DNA of 64,000 nucleotides, taken from the NCBI GenBank assembly GCA_003427395.1, contig BFEA01000025.1:2828316-2892315 (forward strand). Direction: 5' to 3'. The notes under the pieces are model-generated. The model was not told where the DNA came from and searched no databases. It saw only the letters and a list, made by a program, of their open reading frames with translations. Position 1 is the first letter of the stretch. Each line of letters opens with the position of its first letter. This stretch comes from Chara braunii. Lineage: Eukaryota > Plantae > Charophyceae. A program made the position numbers and the translations under genes. Below are positions 23,983 to 37,744 of the stretch, piece after piece.

Positions 23983-25646
23983 CTCGGAGAACTCCAGATA
24001 GACTTCCCAGGTCGGGACGAAGCATTGTTAATATACTCCCAAANATTGATACTCAACTGNTGCTCGTCTGTTTCCAGAAATCCATCCACAGGAACAAAGT
24101 CTTCTGCTCGATCTTTCGAGGAGTCCCACTCGATCCGACTCAATCCATCGGCTCGATTTTGCGTCCCCACAATACGCTCGATCTTGAAATCGAACATCCA
24201 GATATAGATCAACCATCGAGCAATAGTTGGATCCGAGGGAGAATAATTCTTCAGTGACTGCGCCAGGGCAGTCGAATCCACCCGCAGGACGAACCGTCTC
24301 CCAAACACGTAGTTTCGGAAGATCCTGAAACAATGAAGCACTGCAAGGGTTTCCTTCCTAAATTGAGAATATTTCCTTTCCGCCTCATTCAGCGTTCGAC
24401 TCTCAAATCTCAATGGCCTTTCTCGCCCTTCTCCATCCTTTTGGATGAGGACACCACCCAATGTGGGGCCTGCATCCGTTTCAACCACAAAGGGCCGATT
24501 CGGGTCATTGTCAAAGNCTGGAACCCCCAGGATCAATCCTCCTTCTCGAAATTGTGCCTTGATATCGTCAACTGCCGCCTGCTGCTTTGGACCNCATTCC
24601 CATTCCTGATTTTTACGCACCAACTTCCGTAGGTGCTCNACCCTTGCTGCGAACTTGNGAATGAAGATGCGNCANAATCCGCAAGTCNCCAAGAAACTNC
24701 GCACATNAGTGATGGACTTAAGNGGAGTCGGCCATTCCAGAATCTTGTTTGTCTTCTTGGAATCTGGCCGACGGNCCTTCTCATCGCACAGGAAGCCNAA
24801 GATAGTCGCCTCACACATACAATGCCGAGATTTGACACCGCTGNCGGTGAGGTTGTACTCCTTTAACTTTGATAGGACCTTCTCCACNTTACGAACGTGC
24901 TCCCAAACAAACTTTCGAACGCCTGGCAGCACCTCCGTCTCGTCCTTGACACGTGGCCCAGGTATGGCCAGATCATCNATATAAGGTGAGGTCACGTCCG
25001 GACAAAGTGNNTGCATGACTCTCATCATATATCTCTGAACAATTGCTACGGCGTTCGTCCATCCTNNANGCGCNGCACANATATGAATTAATCCCCTCGG
25101 CGTATGCATGNCCGTCATCGGCCTGTCTGCCGTATAGAGAGGGAATTGATCATATCNTGAGTACAAGTCGATGAGAGTGATGATAGGTCTNCCTGCGCAC
25201 GACTCAGACANCTGATCGGCATGTGGAAGTCCTCNGGCATCANGAACCGTCACCGAGTTNAGCTTNTGCAAGTTCTGCACNCATCGCAATANGCCANTTG
25301 GCTNGATAAAACAAAACCAGNGAGACNCATATGGTCCATATGAGTAATCCGCGACCTTTGTCCGAATTTTGNCGTCCAGNTATTCGACAATTCTACGATG
25401 ANCATCTGGATTNGGATAACGCGGGNCTCGTATGTTCCACGACTCGTGAGGTACCGTATNAATCCTGATCATTGGAATCATGTCAACGTCAAGCCTCCCT
25501 CGCTCATCATCATCGAAGGCATAAGCCAAATGGGTTTTCTTCATGACACTGANAAGGAAGTCCACCTCCTTTTCAGTAAGCGACCCTTCCTCTCCAATGA
25601 TCATATTCTTAATCCTCTCCTCCGTCAATCGACATGGCGCCTTCAT
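23955..25646 (-). pseudogene. Gypsy reverse transcriptase + RNase H (many ambiguous bases)
   Basis: IDLYSxYDQ, xGWTNA, PYxDD, GVKS, ETDAG, RPLRFESRTL, ETLAV, NRADGLSR. Confidence 0.95.
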
Positions 25647-25685
25647 ACTTTTTTTCCTGACCCTTCCTCTCCAATGATCATATTC

Positions 25686-26917
25686 TTAATCCTCTCCTCC
25701 GTCAATCGACATGGCGCCTTCATACTTTTTTTCCTTCCTCATGCTGATCCATTCTCTTTCTTCTTTATAATACACTTCTTCTTCTTGCGTGTTCTCACAC
25801 TTTATCACCTCGTAATAGCCACATACGGGGTCACACAAAACCACGATCAAAGTACCATCATGCTTATTGAAGATGATGGATTCTGATCGACAGAGAAAAA
25901 CTCTGCCCAGCAACACGGCATGCTCAAACCTGGGTAGCACATAGAAATATGAACGGACTTTGACTTAACCAACTTGTATCGTCACGTCACTCGCCGTTCC
26001 GCAAAAGGGAGTTATCCCTCTTGCACCCACAAAAAATTCAGTATCCGCTCGATTGATGTTTAATCTCTTGAGGAAAGATATCACTCATCTTAACCGTCAT
26101 AACCTTTTTTCCTTGACAATCGGTGTCTGAACTCCTCTCGAATTTTCGGTGACGCGACCAAGAATTCCTTGAGCGTGAACAGATCACGCTGGCTTTCCAA
26201 AATCTGGTCCACGATTTGCTCAATATCCAGCCCCTGCTTTACCGGAATCGTGTAAACTTGCTTCTTCTTTTTCAACTCACCTTCCCCAATATCGGCCTTG
26301 CCCGTTTCTGGCTCCCTCTCCATGGCCCGTTGTTTGGCCTGCCGCTCATCCTCGGCCCGCAACAATTCGTACTCCTCACCATCATCTTCTTGAATTGAAA
26401 CTGTCTCGATTTTTCGAGGATGACTTGGTCCTTCTTCTGGCGCTGCCCTTGGCCGCGACGGCCTTCGAGCCCTCCGAGCTTGTGGGAGACCAGCAGTGGC
26501 AGGTCGCTTGAAAGCAGGACGGGACAAAACCGTGGTGGCCATCAAATGCCCTGCCGATGACGATCCAGGCTGTGATGCGGTAACATCAGTAAGATCTCCT
26601 TGGCCGTCTCTGTCCCATCCTCCAAACAAAAAAACTTGGGGAAACCCAGACCACTCTTCATTCATGTCGGCACATACTCGAACGAAAGTTTCCCTGCATC
26701 GAGTAATTTTTCTGACCACTGTCTGAGCTCGTTGCAGTATATTTTCCTGCCCTTTGCTCAAACCTTCATTTCCGGCCTTGGCATCCTCAATTGTCAATGA
26801 CTCCATCGTCGCTTCCAACTCAATCTGTTCGACCTCTTCCGGAGAAGCGAGTCGAAAAGTTGTTGGAAGATCTCGCCCCATACGTCGGAAAACTTCCTTT
26901 CTCATTCCTCCCTCCAC
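25686..26917 (-). pseudogene. gag-pol spacer and protease region with the protease active site deleted
   Basis: Colinear with 40277-41495 but missing ~150 bp at ~26060 that encodes LIDDGAE in copy 2. Confidence 0.8.
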
Positions 26918-28026
26918 ATTGGGATCGATGAGATTCCCTTCGAAGTCGTAGACCTCGCCTCGGATATTCGTATATATATAACCTTATCGTTTTCATCTTT
27001 GGTAACGGTCTGACAAATCCGTATCCCATGTCCATCTTGGCCATAATACTTACAAAACCAATTCTGCCAATTGCCTCGGCCGCCCCCATTTCCTCGGCCT
27101 CCCCGAGTGCCTTGTCCTCTACCTAGACCTCGGCCTCGGCCTCCTGCCTGAGATTGGGGTTGCTGAGGAGCGGCTGGAGCCGCCTGTTCCTGATTAATTC
27201 CTTGTCCACCTCCTCCATAATTCTTCCGCTGCTTCTTACTAGTGCCCTGCCCTCCTCGTATCTGGTTCAGGGCCTTCCGTTCTGCTTTGGTCAATTTTCG
27301 AGGAGGCTCCTCTTCCTCCTCGTCTTCCTCTTCACTGCTGCTACCACTCACTTCCTCCACAGCGGGTGTTTTCCCCTTCCTCTTTCCACCTTTTGTCTGG
27401 ACCATCATCACTTGTAGCTTTAACCTTTCCTCCTTCATGTCAGCCATCATGTTCCGCATGTCAGTCAGGGTCTTGTAAACGGCCTGATCCTTGTCCGCGC
27501 TTACCCCTTCCTTCTCGAGGTCCTCCTTTTGCTGCTTCAGGAGACGGTAAAGCATCTGGTCGAAGCTCCCAGCCAACAGGTTCTCCTTGATTTTTGGCCA
27601 CTCGTATCGCCCAGTCATATCTTTCATCAGTTCCCGCTGCTAAACTTTTGAAAAGTTTTCGAGGAAGATAAGGCACCGATCCTTATTTGGAAGGTCAGGC
27701 ACTAAGCGCGCAACCCGCTCAAACTCTGTAAGAAACTGCTTGGCCGTACCAAACTTCCGACGACTAACCTTCCGTAAGTCCGCCAGATCGAGCAGTTGAT
27801 CCCCCAACTGGTACTTGTCCAATAATTTGGCCTTGAAGTCCGACCAGTCGCGCGAAGCTTGCACCAACTCCGACACCTCCTCTTTGTACTCGACCATACA
27901 ATATCGCTTCACCATTTGAAGCATCTTCTCACTCGAGCATTCGCAGCAACTGCCCAATTCTTCAAACTTGTCCGCCCATGCTGAGGCATTGGTGCCATCG
28001 AAGAGGGGAACTTGAACCTTCGGCAA
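26902..28026 (-). pseudogene. Gypsy gag (capsid-like region plus degenerate CCHC knuckle)
   Basis: VPLFDGTN..W..F..; WSDFKAKLL; RGG-rich tract followed by CKYYGQDGHGIRIC; internal stop at ~27640. Confidence 0.8.
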
Positions 28027-28342
28027 CTGTGCCTTCTGATTATCAGCCTCACGAATGGCTCATGCGAGTTCCAGAATATTGTTGCGACGATCCCCTGCAT
28101 TACTATTTGCGGGATCAACATTTCCTCCCGTCATTTTGAAAGAATCAACACGACAAACCCACATGTCCAAGTGTCAAATAGATTCCAACAATTCACTCCA
28201 AACCTTGCCTTCTTTCTTTTCCCAGGCATTAATAACCACTGACTGCTTTCAATCCAAACAAATAATACACAATACTTAAAATCACCATAACCATCCTTTT
28301 CCCGAGTGTCGTTCCACCAGGGAGGACGGTAGTTTGCCGTCA

Positions 28343-28361
28343 TTCCCCGGCAATGGTGCCA
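28343..28361 (-). promoter_or_regulatory. Primer-binding site, tRNA-Asp type
   Basis: Minus strand TGGCACCATTGCCGGGGA 2 nt after the LTR end; Athila consensus TGGCGCCGTTGCCGGGGA with two CpG-type changes. Confidence 0.85.
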
Positions 28362-29497
28362 CCTGTCGAGCGCATCGGCCCTCCCGTGAACGAGGGCCCT
28401 CCCGGCTATGTCACGCAGGAGTTAGAAAAACATAATCGAGAGACAACTTAGGACGATGCAGAAATAATCCCGGGAACCGCCAAGACGGACGTGGTCGCAT
28501 TGTCCCTTCGCCGCTCTAGCTGGGTGCGCCAGCTATACATCCCGCGGTCCCCTACGGCAGGATAGGTTTTCGCGGGGCACAACTTATCTTCCCTGAGGGG
28601 CTGTCACCACCCTCAGGGGCGTATCCCTACCGAGCTACTGACCCATGTGCGAAAGCTTTTACATGCAATTGCAGAGGTAGGTCAGCCGAGGGCGTTTGCT
28701 CGCTCGCTGGAGTATAGGTACGCTTGGCTAACGCCAAGTGGACCCGAACGTTGTTCGTTCCCGAGGGCGCTGATCTCCTTGGTACGAACGAGCGTCGGTC
28801 GACTAGGACGGCCTCGACCAAAACGCGAAATCCAACATATAATCCTAGCCTCTTTATAATCCCCTACTCATAAAATGAACGAAACCAATACATAACCAAC
28901 ATTTCGACTTGATGAGATGATATGCCAAGGTTATCATTTCTTGCCTACCTGACTGAAGGGACAATTATACCGTCATCCGAGGACGGAAGATCCGTCGTGC
29001 ACAGCCTCTACATGTAAATACATGCAGATCAACAAGTGATCTGCTTCCTGGTCGATGTTTAAACTCCCGGTCCGACCGCACCATCGTACCGCACGCATCT
29101 ACTTGGAGGAGCGAATGACAATTTTGTTTGTCGCTTTATCCTCCTAGGCAATAATTACTCTCTTTGTTCCACGAATGACGAAGTAGCTATTGCGAACACA
29201 TGGTTCCTTGGCGCGGGACTGTTTCGGCTTCTGTTACCCCGTCCTCGTTGTTCTGCTCGACACCTCTTCAAGTGTTCGGCCTTCGCTTTGTTCAGCGTAT
29301 TTTTAAGTGGTTGATTACCCCTCAATGCATCAGCATGATAGTGCTATCATCGGGGCAATCCAGATGCTATCCATCTGGTTGGCCTACCTACATAAGGTCG
29401 TTAATTTTCTTTTGTTATTATTACCCCTGTAGAATCACATAGGCGTGACCCTACTATAAGGACAACTCACTATGACACAAGATTTGAGAGGGTGCGC

Positions 29498-30571
29498 TTA
29501 GCTGGGATAAACCTGTCGGCCCTCATGGGCCTCAACCTCTATCCTGCCGAGTCGTGTTAGCTCCTCGTCGTCAAACGTCAAGGTGGAGACACGTCCACCT
29601 CGCACAACTCGGACCTTCCGCGTATCATAGAGAGAAGCCATCCGTGAGGCGAGCTTCCAGACTATGGCGCGGAACGGCTGACCCATCCGAAAAAGGTGCG
29701 TGGTCGTGGTGTCCTTAATCCGGATGACGCCGTAGCGCTTCCCGGATAGGGTAATTTTAACGCTCACAATGACCCGAGAGAGGCATTGGAGGTTGCTCGC
29801 GCGATGGAAGTACAACGTATATCCATGAACTTCTCCCGGAAGTCGGGCCACATTGGCACGAACATCTGCGCGCGAGTTGGGAAAAAATCCCTGCCCATCA
29901 CTGAGCAGGCCGATAAAGCCAATCCAACGTGTGGGTGCTCCATTTCAAACCAGTAGTAATCGCTCCGCGCGTCGAATCACCTCCTCGTCCATAGTGTCGC
30001 GAATCAGTAGATACCTGGCCTGAGTAAGATCTCGCCGTCCGCCGGACATCTGCACACCGAAAGAGCCGCCTGTTAGAAGAGGCACTCGTAGATTGCACAA
30101 GCCTCGTCATAAAATGCGTTGACATCAAAACGTTCCGAGTGAACGGTATTAAATCTATTCGCCCGGACCCGGTTCATATGATGAGGAAGGCTGAATGGTC
30201 CTTGCAGATCGTTCAAACGGAGTACAATATGGAGGAACATCCCCCTAACCTCAGGAATGGTCTCTACTCCCGGACAGTTCTCGTGAACCACCACTAGGTT
30301 CATATCTCCGTAATCCCGTGATGGAGTAGGAGACGCAAAGTCATATAATACGCTGACCTAGTTCAACCAAGAAAATATAACTCCGCGATGGTTTCCTCAC
30401 GCCCCCGTCCCAGAATCGTGGCGCATCCCGCTCCGAATAAACTTCAAGTAGGTTGCACACCAGCCTTCCTTTTCGTATCATGCCGGCGCGGGATCGTGTT
30501 GGCACCGCTAACCGATTAGCCGCCGCTTCGCGTGTGCTGAACAATCGGAGGATCACTGTCTCCGCAAGCAT
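29498..30571 (-). pseudogene. Accessory ORF in the central LTR (copy of 15859-16932)
   Basis: Same peptides in the ORF track. Confidence 0.55.
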
Positions 30572-33022
30572 CTGAATGACGAAGCGATAACCTTGTCAAA
30601 ATAATTTTAGGTATACGAATTTCCATGTTCAATTTCCACTTCCCTTTTCGGGCCGTGATTCTTATGTCACGGTCCGACCGCGAAAGTAGTGCCTACTTGC
30701 ACTTCTTTTAACACTAGTTGAAGCACGGGCTGGGCTTCTTGTGGCGCCAGCCCTCCCACGCGTTGGTGACACCTAATATGGCCACCCAACAGGGTATTAG
30801 ATTCAGCCTCCCCTTTCCCTGAAAGCACGAGGAGGCGACTGCTCCTAGCTTCAAGACCCCCTACCCTCTAGGAAGTGGTCTGGAATACCCCTCCCCCTCG
30901 CCCGAACACATTGTTCAGGACTCAGAAGTTGGGTTGGCTCCACCGCAACAGCATGGTATCCCCCCACATAAGCGGTCCGCTCCGAGTCGATAACAGGGCC
31001 GGCCCCTAAGGCAACGAACCCCCGCCTCGGATGCCTCATAGAGAGAAGAAGCCTAGACCGTAGGTGCAGACGACCCCTCTATGCCTTCCCGGCTAAGGGG
31101 CGACTTAGACGAATTGAGAAGAGAAAAAGGTAAGATATTTTGGATGCGCATAGAAGGATAGTGGTCGTTCGGGATAGAATGGGGAAATCCTTGGGAAGAT
31201 ACTAAGGTGTTTCCTTGTCTTCTTTCCTTTTAATTTTCCCACGGCCTTCATTCTTCCGGCACCCGTCCGTTCGCACTCCCGTTATTATTTTTGTTCCTCC
31301 TCTTTTCTGTCACATGCATTCAGGTTGAGTGNGAGAGAGGTAAGCATCCCNNTTATTATCTCGANCAAACAATGCTGATTCCTTCTCACATGCATCCCCC
31401 AACCTACCTGCACAATCAAGAAAAGAAACAATCAAGAGATTCATCCATCCCTCAAACAAGTCAGCCCTTTCTCCACACGCATGACATCACACTTTCACTC
31501 TACCCTTTCCCTTGAATTCAAAGCAAGGTCATGCAAGGTGTGGGTTCACGCGGGTGTGCAAAGGAGCTGAGTCACACTGACTTTGAGTGAATTTGTTGAA
31601 GGCTCACTCAAGAAAGCCAAGTATTTGCTGAAAAACGTTCGGCCGCAAAACTCTCGTTGTGGCCACTCACAAGGATGGGTCACACCCTCCTTCAATCGCC
31701 ACCTCTGACTCAGGCGCCGCCACCAACACAGAAGCGAGCCCGCCGTTGAGGAGGGCGTCACACTCTCAAACCCCACAGCCTCAATGTCACACCTCTCACC
31801 AAAGACAGCACCGATTCAACCCACCAAATACCAAGCCAGGCCACCACCTGCCTGCCGCAATACTTGGTGGTCTCGGACCCAATCCCCGCTTACTCAGTGT
31901 GCCGCAAAAAAAAACAACAGCGGCCTTAACAGTCCTTACAGGTACCGCGTGCCGCAACATCCTCAACAAGACGATCGCCACACCCTTTCTATTACAAAGT
32001 GCACTTCCACCTTGGCGGTATCGTTCCTGCGGCAACGTTCAACCCCCCTTCTCGCAGTCCTGTGCAAAATATTGTTGCCACACAATCCAGTAGCACCCGC
32101 GCCGTACCGCCAAGAAAATCGGTGTTGCCGCTGCAAAAATTCGGCAGCGCTTCCGCTGTACCGCCAAGAAAACCAGCGCTGCCGCCGCACAATTTCGGCA
32201 GCGCTTCCGCCGTATCGCCAAGAAACCAGCACTACCGCCGCACCGTTTCGGCAGCGCTTCCGCCGTACCGCCCAATCCAGCAGCAGCCTCAAGGCTAAGG
32301 CTTCCCCACAGCCCGCAACACGACATGGAAGGTGGGGCAAGAAGCTCCTAGCCTTTAGCTATGGTTGCCTCCTCCTTCCTCCAAGTGCTACTGCAGACCT
32401 CCAACACTTCGCCTCATCACACCAGCAGCCAGCCAGCCAACATCTACTCAAGTAGAATGCCCCAGCAGCATTGCCACAAGTGTGAGGATGCTGGGTGGCA
32501 GGCTAGCTTTTATAGTTGGCTGAAGGCTGAGGGCAGCTACTTTGCCCCCAGCCAAATCTCGGAACAAAGCCTGGCCCTGGATCAAAATCGCGATCAAGGG
32601 CCAGAAAACTTGATATTCCCCTAGGGGAACCAAGTCCTAAACATTGGCGGTGCATCTGGCCTTCGCCCGCGGCCAAACGCAGCCCCGAAACGGCTGTACC
32701 AAGCCTTTTTCCAGCAGACTGTTGAAACCAACAGTCTGCTATCTATCCATGGTCCAGATGCTTCTAAACTTGCATCTGGACCGAGGCCGGGGCTAGATCC
32801 GAGACCGTTTCCCCCCCTTTTTTTTTCTAACTTCTTCCCCCTTTTTTTTTTTTTTTCATTTCCCCCNNNNNNNNNNNNNNNNNNNNNNNNNNNNNNNNNN
32901 NNNNNNNNNNNNNNNNNNNNNNNNNNNNNNNNNNNNNNNNNNNNNNNNNNNNNNNNCCCCCCCCCCCCCCTACCGCAGGGGCAGCTCGTCGTTTGGAAAC
33001 GAACGAGCAGGCTCCCCTCCCT

Positions 33023-33039
33023 AAGTCATTTCACAGAGT

Positions 33040-33074
<35 letters not shown>
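33023..33074 (-). pseudogene. 52-bp fragment of cytosolic LSU (25S/28S) rRNA
   Basis: Minus strand GGAAAGAAGACCCTGTTGAGCTTGACTCTAGTCCGACTCTGTGAAATGACTT, a conserved LSU segment. Confidence 0.9.
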
Positions 33075-33268
33075 TCCCCTTAGCCCTGCGCCCGTACCCG
33101 GACGTCTTCGGCGTTAGGTTCGGTCGCGCAGGCGAACACTGCAGCCTGTTTCTTAGAAACCCAACGGGCGCAGTGTTGTCCTCTCTCTCTCTCTCTCTCA
33201 GATGAACCCTCCCCCACGACATACCCGCATACAGCCGCATTTCTGCGGCTGGTTCATTTGGCTGGCCC

Positions 33269-33319
33269 ACTGTCGAGGCTCAGCCTCCTGATGAGTTGGT
33301 GGAAGTCCAACGAAACAGT
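33269..33319 (+). ncRNA. Type III hammerhead ribozyme
   Basis: ACUG-UC^GAGGC-uca-GCCUC CUGAUGA GUUGG-uggaagu-CCAAC GAA-ACAGU: complete core and three perfect helices, GUC cleavage after 33274. Confidence 0.88.
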
Positions 33320-36208
33320 CGGGCACAGTCACCTCACGTTTGTTTGAAACGAACGGGTGTGCTCACCCAAAGCAGAAAAAAAAATAAAAAAAAATCTAAC
33401 TAAAATCTAAACAAATCTAATAAGGAAACGAAAGAAAAAAAGAAAAAAGAAAAACTCTAAAAAAAAAAACGGTCATTCGTTTCTTCGGACGCCTGTATGT
33501 TCGTGGGGACACTAAGTCTCCTTCACTCCTCGCGGCGCCATCTGGCGCTTTAGTTTTTTTTTTTTTTTCTTCTCCTTTTTTTTCTTCTTCAACCGTTACC
33601 TCAGGCCAACGGTCGCGTAGTTTCGTCCGTATGGCCCCAACCAACAAAAGCAAAAAAAAAAAGAAAAAAAAAAAACCAAAAAAAGAAGGAGAAAAAGCTC
33701 CTTACCTCGACGTTGCTGTTCCCTCCATCGCACCCATACCTGGTTGCTTATGCGTCCAGCTACGGCACATGTAAGTTTTTTTTTCTTTTTTTTCTTTTTT
33801 TTCCAAAGAAGAAAATTCGACCATTTTTCGGCCTATGCATGTCATCCTCACGCAGGGGCCTTTTCACCCCGCCGCGGCTGATTTCAGCCGCGCGATCTCG
33901 AAGATCGCCGCACGGCCAGAAATCGGCCGCACCCCTTGTCAATTCGAGCCCGGTAGTGCAGGTTATTAGGTTCGATCCCCATGTCTGCAGGGTAGTAATC
34001 TGGCGACGGTACCTACTGGGCTAGCTCCTTTTCACATCAGAAAAAGGAGCGGCCCTTCCATATGAAGGACTCCTTGTGCCCAGCAGGCCCCTTGCTAACG
34101 CCTAGCAGGCTATGCCTGCTAAACCGGCTTGCTCCTGTGGCTGGCAGGCGGGGTCGGCGACCGACAACTTTAATAGCTGCCGTACTTAGCCGGCCTTGAC
34201 GCCTTCGCCCCCGGGTCCTTGGCGCAAAAGCCGTATGGACCCTAAGCCATCCCTTCACACCGCGGTCCATCTTGCCGCGACGACCCCTTCTTGGCCCGCT
34301 TAGGCCCTGAATCGCGCGGCTGTTAAGCCGCGCGACCTTATTATAGGTAGAGTAGGCTTAACTTTAGTTTCCCCACGACCGCACACCAGCGCGGCCTCGT
34401 CGAAACCCGCGGACGACAGTGCCGACCCCCGATATCCCGCACGGATGTCGGTGTCGTCCTGCGTCGACGACGTAAGGTTCAAAACGTTCAAGTCTTTTAG
34501 TCATAGCGCTGGTCTGGATAACCTCTGGTAACGCCAATCTCATTAAGTCTTCTAATTAAGTGAGAAGGTCAGACAGCGTCCGAGACCCTTGTCAGGGTTT
34601 CTGCCCCGACAACATTCCCGGGGCCCATTGAACGACTTCCACGTGGTCGGTGCTCTCAATATTAAATCTTGCAGATACTTCTCTTAGTATACTTCAATCT
34701 TAATAAAATCACAGATACTATAACAGCGGATATCCGAAAAAACGGACTCCTTACTATTAAACGAGTTATGCCCTCGAAGCCAAAATTCACAATCATTCTG
34801 CATTCATCGGATCGGTACTAGATTTAGCCCCTGGAAGCCCAAAATTCGAACCTCAGGCACAGATTCAGCCCCTGGAAGCCCAAAATTCAAAGGACCTTAT
34901 TCTAATGGTTCTGGCTAACAAAACTCATTCGGTTGGAAATCATTATTTTAATCATCTGGGCAAACAACCATTACTGCCGAGAATTTAACCCGGGTCTCTC
35001 ATGTAAATGGGGATGCATCCACAACACTTCAACACACTCACGTGTTGCCAGGAGTTTAACCTGGACCTCCCACGTAACACAAGGATACTCGTACTATTCT
35101 ACAGTCACGGTTGTCGNGGATAATAATAGCAAGGCTCCGGTGTTCCACCATCCCTTCTGGAAGACCCGTATTAACCTTCCGCTAATTCCCAGAATGAGCC
35201 AGGAATAACCCCTGATAGGTCTCCATAACCCAGCCTATGATAATCGTTCAGACATAATCTGAACTAGCCATCCAATACAAGAACCCATTATTTAAGTCCT
35301 TTACCCGAGTTTCATAACCCATCCGATTGTGCAATTTTACAAATACCTATGATTTTTACGTCTTAGTATCCCCGAATTCCATGNGANTGCGTCGAGGAGT
35401 GGTGTAATCCTCCGCAAAGGATAACATCCCGACATCAAGCCCCGCTTTAGATCCGGGCCTCACCACATTCCCCCCGATTCCAGTATTGCAACTCTGTTAA
35501 TGCCAGGCCTACAGTGCGAGACAACCCCATCCATATAATCCAAGTTGGTCAGACGAGGATCATAAGGACACGGCGACCCTGCATATCACAAGGATAGACG
35601 ACCAACCCTACCCCTGTGATGAGCAACGGTCGCTCCCCACCGTNGGCGGAGTCTCAACAGGATTACGACACCATCCTCCTTTTCGGTGATAGTGTAGCCA
35701 TCGTCCTTTTTCAAGGAAAATGACATCATCTCGTTGTGGACCAGGAACCAAGTTCCGGCACGAGCCTCACTACCACCTACAAGNCTCACATCTTTCAGGA
35801 ATATGAGGACACAATAAAAACTAGGTATTACATATAACTTATTATATTTATTAAACCATGTGCCTACAGAACGAACACTTATCGTTCAGGAAGCCACATG
35901 TTATACGCTAAGTCATAACTTTGCGCAAATGATTCACACCCATCCTTCATAAGCAAAACACATTTAACATAAGAAATAAAAGAAATGCATGCTCAGAGAA
36001 TCATTTTTACAGGGTTTGAAAAATCATTGTGCACATTAATTATATTATTCGAAAACGAAGAATAATGACAAAAATGACGTCAACAAATAATTCATTACAA
36101 GTCCATACGTGTCTGTCCATTACATGGAAAATATATCTTATAAATACTTAATCATAAAATCAAGTTAGCTAGAGGTATCAATGTCTGTTAAGAAAAGTAA
36201 GGCATTAT

Positions 36209-37744
36209 TTAGTCCCTATGAACAAACTTCTTCAAGCGTGAGCCCGAAACCCAATCTCGCCCACGTGCTCCATCCATCTCCTCAATCTCGTATGCTCCAT
36301 GTTCCGTTTTCTTAATAATACGATATGGCCCCATCCATCGATTATCTAATTTCCTCGACCACTGTTTTTCAAGAGAAGAGTCATAGAGGAGCAAAATATC
36401 CCCAACTTCCAACGACTCCTTTCTAACCCGGGGTTGCTTATCCCATCTAACTTTGTCCGCCCGTCTGCTGTCCGCAGTTGAAGCAGCAGCCTCTACAACT
36501 CTTTCCTCAGTCGCCTTTATTTGTCTGGCCCTTAGGTCTAACAACTCTTCTGTAGAAAGCATGACCTTCATATCCTGTTTTTGCCATGTGGTCAGGAAAC
36601 TCTCGATTGGAAATGTAGCATGTTGTCCAAACCATAACGTAACCGGAGCATACCCAGTATTTCGTTTCACAGTTATATTTTCAACAAATATGGCAGCTCT
36701 GAGATAGACGGGCCATGTTGACGACTTGCCAGCACACCATTTGGCTAGCAAATTAGTCAAGGTGGCGTGCCCACGTTCGACCGGAGCATTAGCTTGAGGA
36801 TGTGCTCTAGTGGTGTAACTATAGTTCACTCCCAGTCTTTTTAGGAGAGCCTGAACCTCTTCTGCCCGAAAATCGCCGCCTCGATCTATCATAAATTCCC
36901 GAACAAATGAATACCGAAGGTAGAACTCTTCGATACACTCTGCCAAAATCTTCCCGGTTCGCTCACGGATTGCACGCCCATCGACGAACCCGGTAAGATT
37001 GTCTCTTGCATCAAAAATATACTCTTACCCATTGAGCCCGGGTGGCATAACAACCAGGTCGAGGTGCAGAACCGCCCTTGACTCAACCACGTATCGTGAA
37101 TTAAGTGGTTCAGCGCAACGGAGATTTGAACGTTTCTGACAAGGGACGCACAAGTTACAGAATTCCACCACCATTTTACCCATACCATCCCAAAAATAGA
37201 GATGTTGGATCTTTCTTAATGTTGCTCGTGCGGACCGATGCCCACCTGTCACTCCATCATGTAGAGTCGCAACCACATCCAACTGTCTGGGAACCCCACA
37301 CACCACTCTCTTAGGCATTCCATCGTTAGACTTCTTGAAAAGATGCCCCTGTCGAACGACAAAATCCTTTGCCTTCTCTCTTATTTCTGGCTCTATCTCT
37401 GCCTCGTTCAGATCCCCATTCAACCAAAGCCCAATCTTCTTATAGATCCCATCATATTCCTCCTGACGAAAGGCTTCTTTGATCTCACTGCCTTCCCCTT
37501 CTTTCAACATTAGCTTACCGTGATCTTCTTGTATCAACGAATTAACCAGGAATACCATGCCCCCGGAGATCCTGAGGACTTCGTCGCCTTGCTCATGTCC
37601 AACTTCAATCGTAAGGGCTTCTTTCGAAAGTTGTACTGGGTCAGACAATGCCAACCTCATCATTTGTTCCGCGGACCGTTCGCCCCAGGGATCCTCCTCA
37701 GTAAAGGGCTCTCTCATCACAAGTTTGAACGCTTCTGATAACAA
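36209..37744 (-). pseudogene. Gypsy integrase, copy 2
   Basis: Identical translation to 22447-23982. Confidence 0.88.

Larger units (their letters stand above)
28364..34611 (-). repeat. Central LTR (~6.2 kb)
   Basis: TGTCGAGCGCATC...CCCCGACA; colinear with 14726-20840. Confidence 0.9.

Noticed and set aside
25579-25737. ~80-bp tandem duplication in pol
   Set aside because: The junction falls exactly where the second copy enters an N gap (39420); most likely an unmerged contig overlap
33023-33074. Functional rRNA gene or R2/R1 insertion site
   Set aside because: 52-bp isolated fragment that lacks the R2 target sequence
33288-33328. Type I fold for the hammerhead using the downstream GUC
   Set aside because: Needs a 1-nt helix III loop and a broken helix I; the type III fold is fully paired
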